NCBI GenBank assembly: GCA_950097015.1
Contig: CATNEN010000001.1
Span: 12,648,001 to 12,712,000 of the forward strand
DNA length: 64,000 nucleotides
Source of the DNA: Macrostomum hystrix
Lineage: Eukaryota; Animalia; Platyhelminthes
Direction: 5' to 3'
Shown here: positions 9,698-23,600 of the stretch, piece by piece
Layout: every line of letters begins with the position of its first letter
Position numbering within the stretch: the stretch's first letter is position 1
Program-made: the position numbers and the translations under genes
Notes under the pieces: generated by a model
Databases searched by the model: none
What the model saw: only the letters and a program-made list of their open reading frames with translations
Told to the model about the DNA's origin: nothing

Positions 9698-12456
9698 TGA
9701 GGATCTGGGGATATTTCATCGGATAATCAAGCTGAGGATCTGGGGATATTTCATTGGATAATCAAGCTGAGGATCTGGGGATATTTTGTAGGACGATCAA
9801 CCTGAGGATCTGGGGATATTTTGTAGGTCAATCAAGCTGAGGATCTGGGGATATTTCATTGGATAATCAAGCTGAGGATCTGGGGATATTTTGTAGGTCA
9901 ATCAAGCTGAGGATCTGGGGATATTTCATTGGATAATCAAGCTGAGGATCTGGGGATATTTTGTAAGACAATCAACCTGAGGATCTGGGGATATTTCATC
10001 GGATAATCAACCTGAGGATCTGGGGATATTTCATCGGATAATCAACTTGAGGATCTGGGGATATTTTGTAGGTCAATCAACTTGAGGATCTGGGGGTATT
10101 TTGTAGGACAATCAACCTGAGGATCTGCGAATATTTCATCGGATAATCAACCTGAGGATCTGCGAATATTTCATCGGACAATCAACCTGAGGATCTGCGA
10201 ATATTTCATCGGACAATCAACCTGAGGATCTGCGAATATTTCATCGGACAATCAACCTGAGGATCTGCGAATATTTCATCGGATAATCAACCTGAGGATC
10301 TGGGGATATTTCATCGGATAATCAACTTGAGGATCTGGGGATATTTCATCGGACAATCAACCTGAGGATCTGGGGATATTTTGTAGGACAATCAACCTGA
10401 GGATCTGGGGATATTTCATCGGATAATCAACCTAAGGATCTGGGGATATTTCATCGGACAATCAACCTGAGGATCTGGGGATATTTCATCGGATAATAAA
10501 CCTAAGGATCTGGGGATATTTCATCGGACAATCAACCTGAGGATCTGGGGATACTTCATCGGATAATCAACCTGAGGATCTGGGGATATTTTGTAGGACA
10601 ATCAACCTGAGGATCTGGGGATACTTCATCGGATAATCAACCTGAGGATCTGGGGATATTTCATCGGATAATCAACCTAAGGATCTGGGGATATTTCATC
10701 GGACAATCAACCTGAGGATCTGGGGATATTTCATCGGATAATCAACCTGAGGATCTGGGGATATTTTGTAGGACAATCAACCTGAGGATCTGGGGATATT
10801 TGATCGGATAATCAACCTAAGGATCTGGGGATATTTCATCGGACAATCAACCTGAGGATCTGGGGATATTTTGTAGGACAATCAACCTGAGGATCTGGGG
10901 ATATTTCATCGGATAATCAACCTAAGGATCTGGGGATATTTCATCGGACAATCAACCTGAGGATCTGGGGATACTTCATCGGATAATCAACCTGAGGATC
11001 TGGGGATATTTTGTAGGACAATCAACCTGAGGATCTGGGGATACTTCATCGGATAATCAACCTGAGGATCTGGGGATATTTCATCGGATAATCAACCTAA
11101 GGATCTGGGGATATTTCATCGGACAATCAACCTGAGGATCTGGGGATACTTCATCGGATAATCAACCTGAGGATCTGGGGATATTTTGTAGGACAATCAA
11201 CCTGAGGATCTGGGGATACTTCATCGGATAATCAACCTAAGGATCTGGGGATATTTCATCGGATAATCAACCTAAGGATCTGGGGATATTTCATCGGACA
11301 ATCAACCTAAGGATCTGGGGATATTTCATCGGATAATCAACCTAAGGATCTGGGGATATTTCATCGGACAATCAACCTGAGGATCTGGGGATATTTCATC
11401 GGACAATCAACCTAAGGATCTGGGGATATTTCATCGGATAATCAACCTAAGGATCTGGGGATATTTCATCGGATAATCAACTTGAGGATCTGGGGATATT
11501 TCATCGGACAATCAACATGAGGATCTGGGGATATTTTGTAGGACAATCAACCTGAGGATCTGGGGATATTTCATCGGATAATCAACCTAAGGATCTGGGG
11601 ATATTTCATCGGACAATCAACCTGAGGATCTGGGGATACTTCATCAGATAATCAACCTGATGATCTGGGGATATTTCATCGGACAATCAACCTGAGGATC
11701 TGGGGATACTTCATCGGATAATCAACCTGAGGATCTGGGGATATTTTGTAGGACAATCAACCTGAGGATCTGGGGATATTTTGTAGGACGATCAACCTGA
11801 GGATCTGGGGATATTTTGTAGGACAATCAACCTGAGGATCTGGGGTTATTTTGTAGGACGATCAACCTGAGGATCTGGGGATATTTTGTAGGACGATCAA
11901 CCTGAGGATCTGGGGATGTTTTGTAGGACGATCAACCTGAGGATCTGGGGATATTTTGTAGGACAATCAACCTGAGGATCTGGAGATATTTCATCGGATA
12001 ATCAACCTAAGGATCTGGGGATATTTCATCGGACAATCAACCTGAGGATCTGGGGATATTTCATCGGATAATCAACCTAAGGATCTGGGGATATTTCATC
12101 GGACAATCAACCTGAGGATCTGGGGATACTTCATCGGATAATCAACCTGAGGATCTGGGGATATTTTGTAGGACAATCAACCTGAGGATCTGGGGATACT
12201 TCATCGGATAATCAACCTGAGGATCTGGGGATATTTTGTAGGACGATCAACCTGAGGATCTGGGGATATTTTGTAGGACGATCAACCTGAGGATCTGGGG
12301 ATATTTTGTAGGATGATCAACCTGAGGATCTGGGGATATTTTGTAGGACGATCAACCTGAGGATCTGGGGATGTTTTGTAGGACGATCAACCTGAGGATC
12401 TGGGGATATTTTTTAGAACGATCAACCTGAGGATCTGGGGATATTTCATCGGATAA
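9698..12456. repeat. Minisatellite, 35-bp unit GGATCTGGGGATATTTCATCGGATAATCAACCTGA
   Basis: Period 35 (10401, 10436); ~2.75 kb. Confidence 0.97.
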
Positions 12457-13195
12457 TTTAAAGATTCAACATTCGCATAAGGTATTAATTCATAGACACA
12501 GCGCAGACGACCCCATATTAAACTAGCGTTGACGTACCTTAAAGCATTCCATGCTTTAAAAGTACATCACTAATTAAAAATCTTCATCGTCTATTTTGTT
12601 AGTTTGACGGACCAGCTTTTTAAACAAAACTTCGACCAAGGTAAAATTTGCCAAAAAATCTGATCGTTAAAATTTGTAACCGATATGTTAATTATTTTTA
12701 ATTATTTACAGTTGGAAAAATCCAGCCTGCACTTTACAATGTCTAAAATGACAAGCAAAGAAGATGATGTCAAAACAAAAAACTGTAATGTAAAAAGTAA
12801 TTTATTTTTTAACTCTTGCAGTATGAAACGAAAATTATTATTATTTAACCGGAATAACAAATAAGATGAAGATTAAAACAAAATCTTGATGAAAAACTTG
12901 CTGAACATTATTTCAAGTGTTTGATTTCTTCATAGAGATTGTGTTTCAATCAAATTCTGAATAATTAAACATTTTGTTACCAGTCTAGAGACAAAAAACA
13001 ATGTAGACAATCTGAAAAAAATTGAATCAATATGCAAACAAAATATAACAAAAAGCATTAGGGCTAAGAAAGCAACTGCAAATATAAGCAATTAAAATAA
13101 TCAATGGACATCATTTTTGCCCATTTGAGAGCGAAAATTTAGGTTTATTAAAAACATAGTTTATGAAATTATTTTCCACACATAACCTATAAATA

Positions 13196-14286
13196 TGAGA
13201 AAGATGGGTCAGCTGACGTCCAATTTGAGAAAGATGGGTCAACTGAACTACCAGTTTAGAAAGATGGGTCAACTGACCCCCAGTTTGAGAAAGATGGGTC
13301 AACTGAACTACCAGTTTAGAAAGATGGGTCAACTGACCCCCAGTTTGAGAAAGATGGGTCAACTGAACTACCAGTTTAGAAAGATGGGTCAACTGACCCC
13401 CAGTTTGAGAAAGATGGGTCAACTGACCCCAGTTTAGAAAGATGGGTACACTGACCCCAGTTTGAGAAAGATGGGTCCACTGACCGCCAGTTTGAGAAAG
13501 ATAGGTCAACTGACCCCCAGTTTGAGAAAGATGGGTCCACTGACCCCCAGTTTGAGAAAGATGGGTCCACTGACCCCCAGTTTGAGAAAGATGGGTCAAC
13601 TGATCCCCAGTTTGAGAAAGATGGGTCAAATGACCCCCAGTTTAGAAAGATGGGTCAACTGATCCCCAGTTTGAGAAAGATGGGTCAGCTGATCCCCAGT
13701 TTGAGAAAGATGGGTCAACTGATCCCCAGTTTGAGAAAGATGGGTCAACTGACCCCCAGTTTGAGAAAGATGGGTCAACTGACCCCCAGTTTGAGAAAGA
13801 TGGGTCAGCTGACCTCCAGTTTGAGAAAGATGGGTCAACTGATCCCCAGTTTGAGAAAGATGGGTCAACTGATCCCCAGTTTGAGAAAGATGGGTCAACT
13901 GATCCCCAGTTTGAGAAAGATGGGTCAACTGATCCTCAGTTTGAGAAAGATGGGTCAACTGATCCCCAGTTTAGAAAGATGGGTCAACTGATCCCCAGTT
14001 TGAGAAAGATGGGTCAACTGATCCCCAGTTTGAGAAAGATGGGTCAACTGATCCCCAGTTTGAGAAAGATGGGTCAACTGATCCCCAGTTTGAGAAAGAT
14101 GGGTCAACTGATCCCCAGTTTGAGAAAGATGGGTCAATTGATCCCCAGTTTAGAAAGATGGGTCAACTGATCCCCAGTTTGAGAAAGATGGGTCAACTGA
14201 TCCCCAGTTTGAGAAAGATGGGTCAACTGATCCCCAGTTTGAGAAAGATGGGTCAATTGATCCCCAGTTTAGAAAGATGGGTCAGC
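13196..14286. repeat. Minisatellite, 29-30-bp unit AGAAAGATGGGTCAACTGATCCCCAGTTTG
   Basis: Tandem copies seen directly. Confidence 0.96.
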
Positions 14287-14684
14287 TAGCTTTACAAAAT
14301 AAAAAACGGATAGTGATAACCATATGACATATGAAAAAGAAATGACATGGAGTGTTAAGATAATATTTACATACATTTTGGGGTTAGTAAGTAAGTCTAA
14401 ATTAATAACATTGTAGAAATAAAAAAAAATTACAAATTTTTTTTTAACAATTATAGATTTAGCAACAATCGGTGCTTTAGAGAGTGAATGTGACACAGAA
14501 ATCTAGTTGGTGTACTATACGACATATAAATTTGTATGACGAATACTAATAAAGTACACTAAACTAGAGACAATATTTACATCCCCATGAAACCCTATCC
14601 AAAAATAGAAAATAATTTTGGTCAGCTCTAAGAGTTGGTTTTTTCAGTTTTTAAAAAGAGAATCGAGTCTGTCCAAAAATAGTT

Positions 14685-17600
14685 TCAACCGGCGTTTGTA
14701 GAATTGTTAGTTGGTGGCGAGGTCGCATTGTTGGGCAAGCCGGTGTTTTTTAGGCCCAGCTCGTCAAGCCTAAAATTTCGATTCATAGAAATTGTTCCAT
14801 AATATTTTAATTTGAACAATAGGACACTGAAATTTGCAGTCAGGATCCTAGATGGCGTAGATATTTTAGGCGCAAATATGGAGGGTCGACCTCTTATATT
14901 GACCCCAAATATAAGGGGTCAACAGACCTTACTAGAAGGGGTCAATGGACCTTCCTAGAATGGGTCAACAGACCTTCCTAGAAGGGGTCAACAGACCTTC
15001 CTAGAATGGGTCAACAGACCTTACTAGAAGGGGTCAACAGACCTTCCTAGAAGGGGTCAACAGACCTTACTAGAAGGGGTCAACAGACCTTCCTAGAAGG
15101 GGTCAACAGACCTTCCTAGAAGGGGTCAACAGACCTTCCTAGAATGGGTCAACAGACCTTACTAGAAGGGGTCAACAGACCTTCCTAGAAGGGTTCAACA
15201 GACCTTCCTAGAAGGGGTCAACAGACCTTACTAGAAGGGGTCAACAGACCTCCTTAGAAGGGGTCAACAGACCTTCCAAGAAGGGGTCAACAGACCTTCC
15301 TAGAAGGGGTCAACAGACCTTACTAGAAGGGGTCAACAGACCTTCCTTGAAGGGGTCAACAGACCTTCCTAGAAGGGGTCAACATACCTTACTAGAAGGG
15401 GTCAACAGACCTTCCTAGAATGGGTCAACAGACCTTACTAGAAGGGGTCAACAGACCTTCCTAGAAGGGGTCAACAGACCTTACTAGAAGGGGTCAACAG
15501 ACCTTCCTAGAAGGGGTCAACAGACCTTACTAGAAGGGGTCAACAGACCTTACTAGAAGGGGTCAACAGACCTTCCTAGAAGGGGTCAACAGACCTTCCC
15601 AGAAGGGGTCAACAGACCTTCCTAGAAGGGGTCAACAGACCTTCCTAGAAGGGGTCAACAGACCTTCCTAGAATGGGTCAACAGACCTTACTAGAAGGGG
15701 TCAACAGACATTCCTAGAAGGGGTCAACGGAACTTCCAAAGGGGTCAACAGACCTTCCTAGAAGAGGTCAACAGACCTTCCAAAGGGGTCAACAGACCTT
15801 CCTAGAATGGGTCAACAGACCTTCCTAGAAGGGGTCAACAGACCTTCCTAGAAGGGGTCAACAGACCTTCCAAGAAGGGGTCAACAGACCTTCCTAGAAG
15901 GGGTCAACAGACCTTCCTAAAAGGGGTCAACAGACCTTCCAAGAAGGGGTCAACAGACCTTCCAAGAAGGGGTCAACAGACCTTCCTAGAAGGGGTCAAC
16001 AGACCTTCCTAGAAGGGGTCAAGAGACCTTCCTAGAAGGGGTCAACAGACCTTCCAAGAAGGGGTCAACAGACCTTCCTAGAAGGGGTCAACAGACCTTC
16101 CTAGAAGGGGTCAACAGACCTTCCTAGAAGGGGTCAACAGACCTTCCTAGAAGGGGTCAACAGACCTTCCTAGAAGGGGTCAACAGACCTTCCTAGAAGG
16201 GGTCAAGAGACCAGGGCTAACTTTTCAGGGGAAAAGTTAGCAATTTACAATTCGAACAACACCAACAGCAGCAACACAAGAGAACAAGGAATCGATCAAC
16301 TCACTCCTTGAGCAGTCGAGTATTTCGCATCAATTCGTCCTGAACTAGGTCGGTAGACTTGATAAGATCCTCGATTCTGGACAGATGAAAGCATGCGAGT
16401 TGGTCGAAAGTAGAGTAAGGTGTTTAAGGACTAAATAAATGCTCATGGCACATTGTATTGCGCTAGTCTTTATCAATACTTACGACTTGCTCAAAGCGCT
16501 GAGATCTGACGCTTTGCTAGCCTGATGGGCTCGGAAGAATGAAGTCAGGGCTTCGTTTATTCCGCGGAACACCTGAACAGGATTATGATATCATCAGTGG
16601 CTGTTAACATTCAGCTGAGCACTCTAACACAACATTGAGATTCTACAGCAATTACTCCATCTACAAATCTGCCAGCTGTCTACCTCACTCCATCTACCAA
16701 TCTGCCAGCTGTCTACCTCACTCCATCTACCAATCTGCCAGCTGTCTACCTCACTCCATCTATCAATCTGCCAGGTGTCTACCTCACTCCATCTATCAAT
16801 CTGTCAGGTATCAATCTCACTCCCAAATTAATCTATCGGCTGCCAATCTCACTCCCCAATTAAATTATCAGCTAGCAATCTCACTCCCTAGTCAATCAAT
16901 CTGCTGTCGATCTCACCCCCTAGTCAATCAATCTGCTGTCAATCTCACTCCCTTATCAATCTATCAGCTGTCAATCTCACTCCCTAATCAACTTATCAGC
17001 TGTCAATCTCACTCCCTAGTCAATCAATCTGCTGTCGATCTCAATCCCTAGTCAATCTATCAGATGTCAATCTCAATCCCTAGTCAATCAATCTGCTGTC
17101 AATCTCACTCCCTAGTTAATCTATCAGGTGTCAATCTCAATCCCTAGTCAATCTATCAGATGTCAATCTCAATCCCTAGTCAATCTATCAGATGTCAATC
17201 TCACTCCCTAGTCAATCTATCAGATGTCAATCTCACTTCCTAATCAATCTATCAGATGTCAATTTGGAACAAACCATATCGTGCAGCATGTCCAATTCGA
17301 CCTCCAAATTCTGTTTAGACAGAGCCTCTTCGAGTTGCTGCAATTTGTTAACCTCAGTCTGCACAATGGCCATCCATTCGGCCAAGCTGGTTAGTACTCT
17401 ACCCAGAGTTTCAATGCAGCAGGTGAGGGTGTTACTCTGGCACTCATCTAGACAGCGATTTAGTAGGCTGCGATCCGATGGAAAGCTTTTGCGCATCAGA
17501 TCAGTCAGCCCTTGAGCGTCCTTGGACCTAAAATAAAAAAAACGAAAAAGATCGCAGAGTTCTACTATCAGTAGGCGTGTTTGAAAAATAGAGAAAACCA

Positions 17601-20600
17601 TAAATCTTAGTTAGAAAAAATACAATTCTTTACTCACATAAACTTGCTAATCATGTGACTGTAGCGCTCGTAGACCTGTTCAATACGATGAAAGGCCAAG
17701 CTCAGACACTCGGCACCGAGCTGCGGAGCCAACAGTTTAGCAAATATGCTAGTAAAATGACCGGCCAACTGTTGCGAAGGCACCAGAGAAGACGCTTCGC
17801 TAACTGGGCCAGACGAAGCTGACGAGGAACCAGTTGAATCCGGTTTGAGATCGGACAGTTTAGCGGAAACCGATTCCAGAGTGCGCCGCCATTGGCTGAT
17901 GCTATTGGCTAGAGACTGTTAGATTGAAAATTGAAAATGCTAGAATAAAACACTAATAATAATATTATAATAATTTGCAGGAGAGATTTGGGCAATGGCA
18001 CATCCTTTGGTGACACTAGACCCGCAGCCAGAGACGCACAGGTGTGAACATCTGCCCTGACTTTCTCATCGTCAGGCAGTGTACACTCTCACTGTGCCTT
18101 GGAGGTTGGCCCTTAAGGACGCAAATTGCACGACAAGCCCCCAAGCCTTCTCTCCGCGGCTGCGCCCCAAATTAATGTGGCCTCGCTGCGGAATCGAACT
18201 CAGGGACCTTGGTGCGAGCGAGAAGCAAACGCGTTAGAACGCTCTGCCACTCACCCTCGATAATATATAAAATCAAGCAAGACGGAAATGAAATCACCTG
18301 ACAGCCAGTCTGGGCCAACACCAGCTGAGCCAGATCCATCAATCTGCCAACCTTCTGCTGCGAGCTGCTGACCATTGCCAGTTTAGCTCCGACTCGTTGA
18401 TAAGCCTCGCGACCTCTGCGATCCAGTAGGCACAGGGCGGCGTCTTTAGCTTCAAGGACTAGCGCGTGATTCAGATGGCAAGCCGAAGCCAGTTGGCGAC
18501 AGACTAGAGCTTGACGATGAGCTTCGTCAACGAAATCTTTCACCTCCTTCGGCTGGTTGGGATCCGGGTTGCGGGGTCGCGCGTTCACGTAGCCTGAGTA
18601 GAGTTGAGTAGGTTTGAGTAGAGTTGAATAGGGTTGAGTAGGTTTGAGTAGCGTTGAATAGGGTTGAGTAGGTTTGAGTAGCGTTGAGTAGGTTTGAGTA
18701 GCGTTGAGTAGGTTTGAGTAGAGTTGAGTAGGTTTGAGTAGAGTTGAATAGGGTTGAGTAGGTTTGAGTAGCGTTGAGTAGGTTTGAGTAGCGTTGAGTA
18801 GGTTTGAGTAGAGTTGAATAGGGTTGAGTGGGTTTGAGTAGCGTTGAGTAGGTTTGAGTAGGTTTGAGTAGAGTTGAGTAGAGTTGAGTAGAGTTGAGTA
18901 GGTTTGAGTAGAATTGAGTAGAATTGAGTAGAGTTAAGCAGAGTTGAGTAGGTTTGAGTAGAGTTGAGTAGGTCGTGTAGTTTTGAGTAGGGTTGAGAAA
19001 GGTTGAGTAGAGTTGAGCAGAGTCGAGCAGATTTGAGCAGAGTTGAGTAGGTTTGAGTATAGTTAAGTAGGGTTGTGTAGATTTGATTAGAGTTGAGTAG
19101 GAATGAGTAATTATGAGTAGGGGTGAGTAGGGATGAGTAGAAATAGATCTATCTAGATCGTTGAGTAGGAATGAGTAGTATTGATCGGGACATTATTGTT
19201 TAGTTGGGTTCCATTGTAATTATAATAATTATAGCTTCTGCAATCGACACAGAAGTTTTCCCCCAAATATCGTAAAAAATTATTTAAAAATAAATGACAA
19301 AAACACTGACTGAAGTCCAGTTTGTTCAGGTTCATTGTGCACTGGAATCGCTGCTTAGACAGCACAATCAATGGACTAGTCGGCGTTGAACCGGTGGGAA
19401 ATGCGGACACCTCCTGCGACCGGTAGAATACGACAATCTCCTCTTTGGTGTAGCCTGTGACTTTGGCCAGACTGCTCAGGAGAGAATCCAGGCTTCTGCG
19501 AGTTGGGTGAAGGATAAAATATAAGGGAATATAAAATAAAATAAAATTGTGGAATAGCGCGGGTAGAAAAATGTAAAGGGGAAGAAGAGCAGAATGATAG
19601 ATGTCATGGGAAAGCGGCAAGTAGGGGAAGAAGGAAAATTATGAGTTAAAAAGGCGTAGAATAAAGAGTCAAAGGGTGAAAAGGGTAGAAGAAGGGGTAG
19701 AAGAAGGGGTAAAAAAGGAAGGTGTATAAGGAGAAGAAAAATGGGTGGAAAAGGAATAAAAATGGATAGAATAGGAAGAAAAATAGGTAGAATAGGAAGA
19801 AGAAGGGGTAGAATAAAGGGTAGAAGAATCAGTGAAATTGTGGTTAGACTGGTAGAAGAAGTTTAGAAGTTGTAGTAGAATGGGTAGAAGTTGTAGTAGA
19901 ATGGGTAGAAGTGGTAGTAGAATGGGTAGAAGTGGTAGTAGCATGGGTAGAAGTGGTAGTAGAAAGAGTAGAAGTGGTAGTAGAATGTGTACATAGAAGT
20001 TGTAGTAGAATGGGTAGAAGTGGTAGTAGAATGGGTAGAAGTGGTAGTAGCATGGGTAGAAGTGGTAGTAGAAAGAGTAGAAGTGGTAGTACAAGGGGTA
20101 GAAGTGGTAGGTAGAAGAATGGGTAGAAGTTGTAGTAGAATGGGTAGAAGTGGTAGTAGAATGGGTAGAAGTGGTAGTAGAATGGGTAGAAGGGGTAGTA
20201 GAAGGGTAGAAGTGGTAGTAGAAAGAGTAGAAGTGGTAGTAGTAGGGTAGAAGTGGTAGGTAGAAGAATGGATAGAAGGGGTAGTAGAAGGGGTAGAAGT
20301 GGTAGTAGAAAGAGTAGAAGTGGTAGTAGAAGGGTAGAAGTGGTAGGTAGAAGAATGGGTAGAAGGGGTAGTAGAAGGGGTAGAAGAATGGTAGAAGAGG
20401 TCGAATTAATGGAGGAAAAGGACAGATCGAAGATAGTAGAATAGGTAGAAGAAAAAGGAGAGGGGATATAAAAACGAAACGGGTAAAATAAAAGGTAGAA
20501 GGAATAGAAACATAATAGTTGGAGTAGCAGTAAGGGTAGAAGAAAAGCCAATTAGAAAATGATAAAAAGAGAAAAATGCTCACTGCTTCTGTGAGAACAC

Positions 20601-23600
20601 CAGGTCGGGGCTGATCATCGCACCGGCCACAAAATAATAGGTGCAATGCTGACTCTTGCGCTTGATGACAGTCGCAAAGAATTTAGGAAAATTCCATTGC
20701 TGATTGAAATTCGACACCAGAATGCCTTGCAAAATTTCTACTAGAAGCGTTTGCAGTTGGCGCGACAGAGGACAGGTTGGCGGCAGAGTTTCGTGGTATT
20801 CAACCGGGCCACTCTGGCAGCTCTGGGTAGCGCTAATTGCCAGGGGAGGCTTGTTAACCATCATGTCAATCATTCGGGCGTGATTGCTTCTGACGCCTTC
20901 GAATGGAGCGAACGGCAGGCGGCCAGTTGCGGCCATGTACAGGGTGACACCCAGAGACCAGAGATCGCATTCCGGCTTGTGACCGCCGAATTTTTGCTGT
21001 GCGGCAGCTCCGTCGGCAGCTCCGCCGGCGTGCATTCGCTGATGCACCTCCATGTAGATACTGGGGTGAAGGAATTCGTAGGTGCCAACTAGGCTTTGGA
21101 AATCACCGCCGTCTTCTAGGATGCGGCTGGAACCGAAGTCTGCCAGCTTGAATAGGGGCTGGCGACGATTGTCGTAGCTGATCATGATGTTGCCTGCGGG
21201 TGATAGGGATCCGGCTGCTCATCTAGCTGCTCAACCTGCTCATCTAGCTGCTCAACGTGCTCATCCAACTGCTTAACCTGCTCAACTAGCTGCCTAAACT
21301 GCTCAACTAGCTGCTTAAACTGCTCAACTAGCTGCCTAAACTGCTCAACTAGCTGCTTAACCTGCTCAACTAGCTGCTTAACCTGCTCAACTAGCTGCTT
21401 AACCTGCTCAACTAGCTGCCTAAACTGCTCAACTAGCTGCCTAAACTGCTCATTCATCTGTTTAACCAGCTCAAAATGTTTATTTATCTGCTCAAACTTC
21501 TCTCATTCAGCCACTGAACATGTTTATTGATACCTAAACTACCCATTCTGTGAGTAATCCTATTTCTAAACAAGTTGACTGAAAGTATAAAAGAATATAT
21601 AAAGTAGTATTTTAAGTCTCGTAGTAGTTTTAAAAAAATTACAAAACAATATTGATCCTAGAAAACTCACCAGGCTTAATATCGCGATGTACAATCTTCA
21701 GCTGTTCACGCAAATAGGCCAACCCATCACCTGTAGTGAATGAAAATTCTGGTAAAAACTTGATTTGATAATCGATTATTACAACAACTACGAGTAATTA
21801 GCAAAGCCAAACTTACACATGTTGAAGAGCAGGCTGAGAAAATCACGGTCGTGCATGCCTAGTTTATTGTCTGGCTTCTTTAGAAACTCGTGCAAACTAT
21901 TGCCGGGACAGTATTCCAATACTAGGCCAGTCTTCTGGCTGCCCATGCCGTCCTGTCAATCAACAGATTGTGTCCGTGGACATGTTATGTAGATATGGGG
22001 ATGTTTAATCTTCAGAATGAGGTTTTGGGGATGTTTAATCTTCAGAATGAGGATCTGGGTATGTTTAATCTTCAGAATGAGGATCTGGGTATGTTTAATC
22101 TTCAGAATGAGGATTTTGTGATTTTTAATCTTCAGAATGAGGATCTGAGTATGTTTAACCTTCAGAATGAGGATCTGGGTATGTTAAATCTTCAGAATGA
22201 GGATCTGGGTATGTTTAATATTCAGAATGAGGATCTGGGGATGTTTAATATTCAGAATGAGGATCTGGGGATGTTTAATATTCAGAATGAGGATCTGGGT
22301 ATGTTTAATCTTCAGAATGAGGATCTGGGTATGTTAAATCTTCAGAATGAGGATTTGGGGATGTTTAATCTTCAGAATGAGGTTTTGGGGATGTTTAATC
22401 TTCAGAATGAGGATCTGGGTATGTTTAATCTTCAGAATGAGGATCTGGGTATGTTTAATCTTCAGAATGAGGATTTTGTGATTTTTAATCTTCAGAATGA
22501 GGATCTGAGTATGTTTAACCTTCAGAATGAGGATCTGGGGATGTTTAATCTTCAGAATGAGGATCTGGGTATGTTTAATCTTCAGAATGAGGATCTGGGT
22601 ATGTTTAATCTTCAGAATGAGGATTTTGTGATTTTTAATCTTCAGAATGAGGATCTGAGTATGTTTAACCTTCAGAATGAGGATCTGGGTATGTTAAATC
22701 TTCAGAATGAGGATCTGGGTATGTTTAATCTTCAGAATGAGGATCTGGGTATGTTTAATCTTCAGAATGAGGATTTTGTGATTTTTAATCTTCAGAATGA
22801 GGATCTGAGTATGTTTAATCTTCAGAATGAGGATCTGGGTATGTTTAATCTTCAGAATGAGGATTTTGTGATTTTTAATCTTCAGAATGAGGATCTGAGT
22901 ATGTTTAACCTTCAGAATGAGGATCTGGGTATGTTAAATCTTCAGAATGAGGATCTGGGTATGTTTAATATTCAGAATGAGGATCTGGGGATGTTTAATA
23001 TTCAGAATGAGGATCTGGGTATGTTTAATCTTCAGAATGAGGATCTGGGGATGTTTAATCTTCAGAATAAGGATCTGGGGATGTATAATCTTCAGAATGA
23101 GGATCTGGGGATGTATAATCTTCAGAATGAGGATCTGGGGATGTATAATCTTCAGAATGAGGATCTGGGGATGTATAATCTTCAGAATGAGAATATGGGG
23201 AGGTTTAAGCTTCAGAATGGGGATATGGGGAGGTTTAAGCTTCAGAATGGGGATATGGGGAGGTTTAAGCTACAGAATGGGGATATGGGGAGGTTTAAGC
23301 TTCATAATGGGGATATGGGGAGGTTTAAGCTACAGAATGGGGATATGGGGAGGTTTAAGCTTCAAAATGGGGATATGGGGAGGTTTAAGCTACAGAATGG
23401 GGATATGGGGAGGTTTAAGCTTCATAATGGGGATATGGGGAGGTTTAAGCTTCAGAATGGGGATATGGGGAGGTTTAAGCTACAGAATGGGGATATGGGG
23501 AGGTTTAAGCTACAGAATGGGGATATGAGGAGGTTTAAGCTTCATAATGGGGATATGGGGAGGTTTAAGCTACAGAATGGGGATATGGGGAGGTTTAAGC

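Noticed and set aside
9698-12456. CRISPR-like appearance of the 30-35-bp repeats
   Set aside because: Units are contiguous with no unique spacers, there are no cas genes, and the context is eukaryotic.
17233-17275. Alternative TBK1 exon-8 donor AA/GTGAGA inside the first repeat unit
   Set aside because: It gives phase 2 and a stop within five codons of exon 9; ATG/GTTTGT at 17275 keeps the frame.
21182-21457. Heptad ORF (QLVEQFK)n resembling a coiled-coil exon of TBK1
   Set aside because: It is a 21-bp intronic repeat, out of frame with exon 4, and would interrupt the HRDIKPGN motif.
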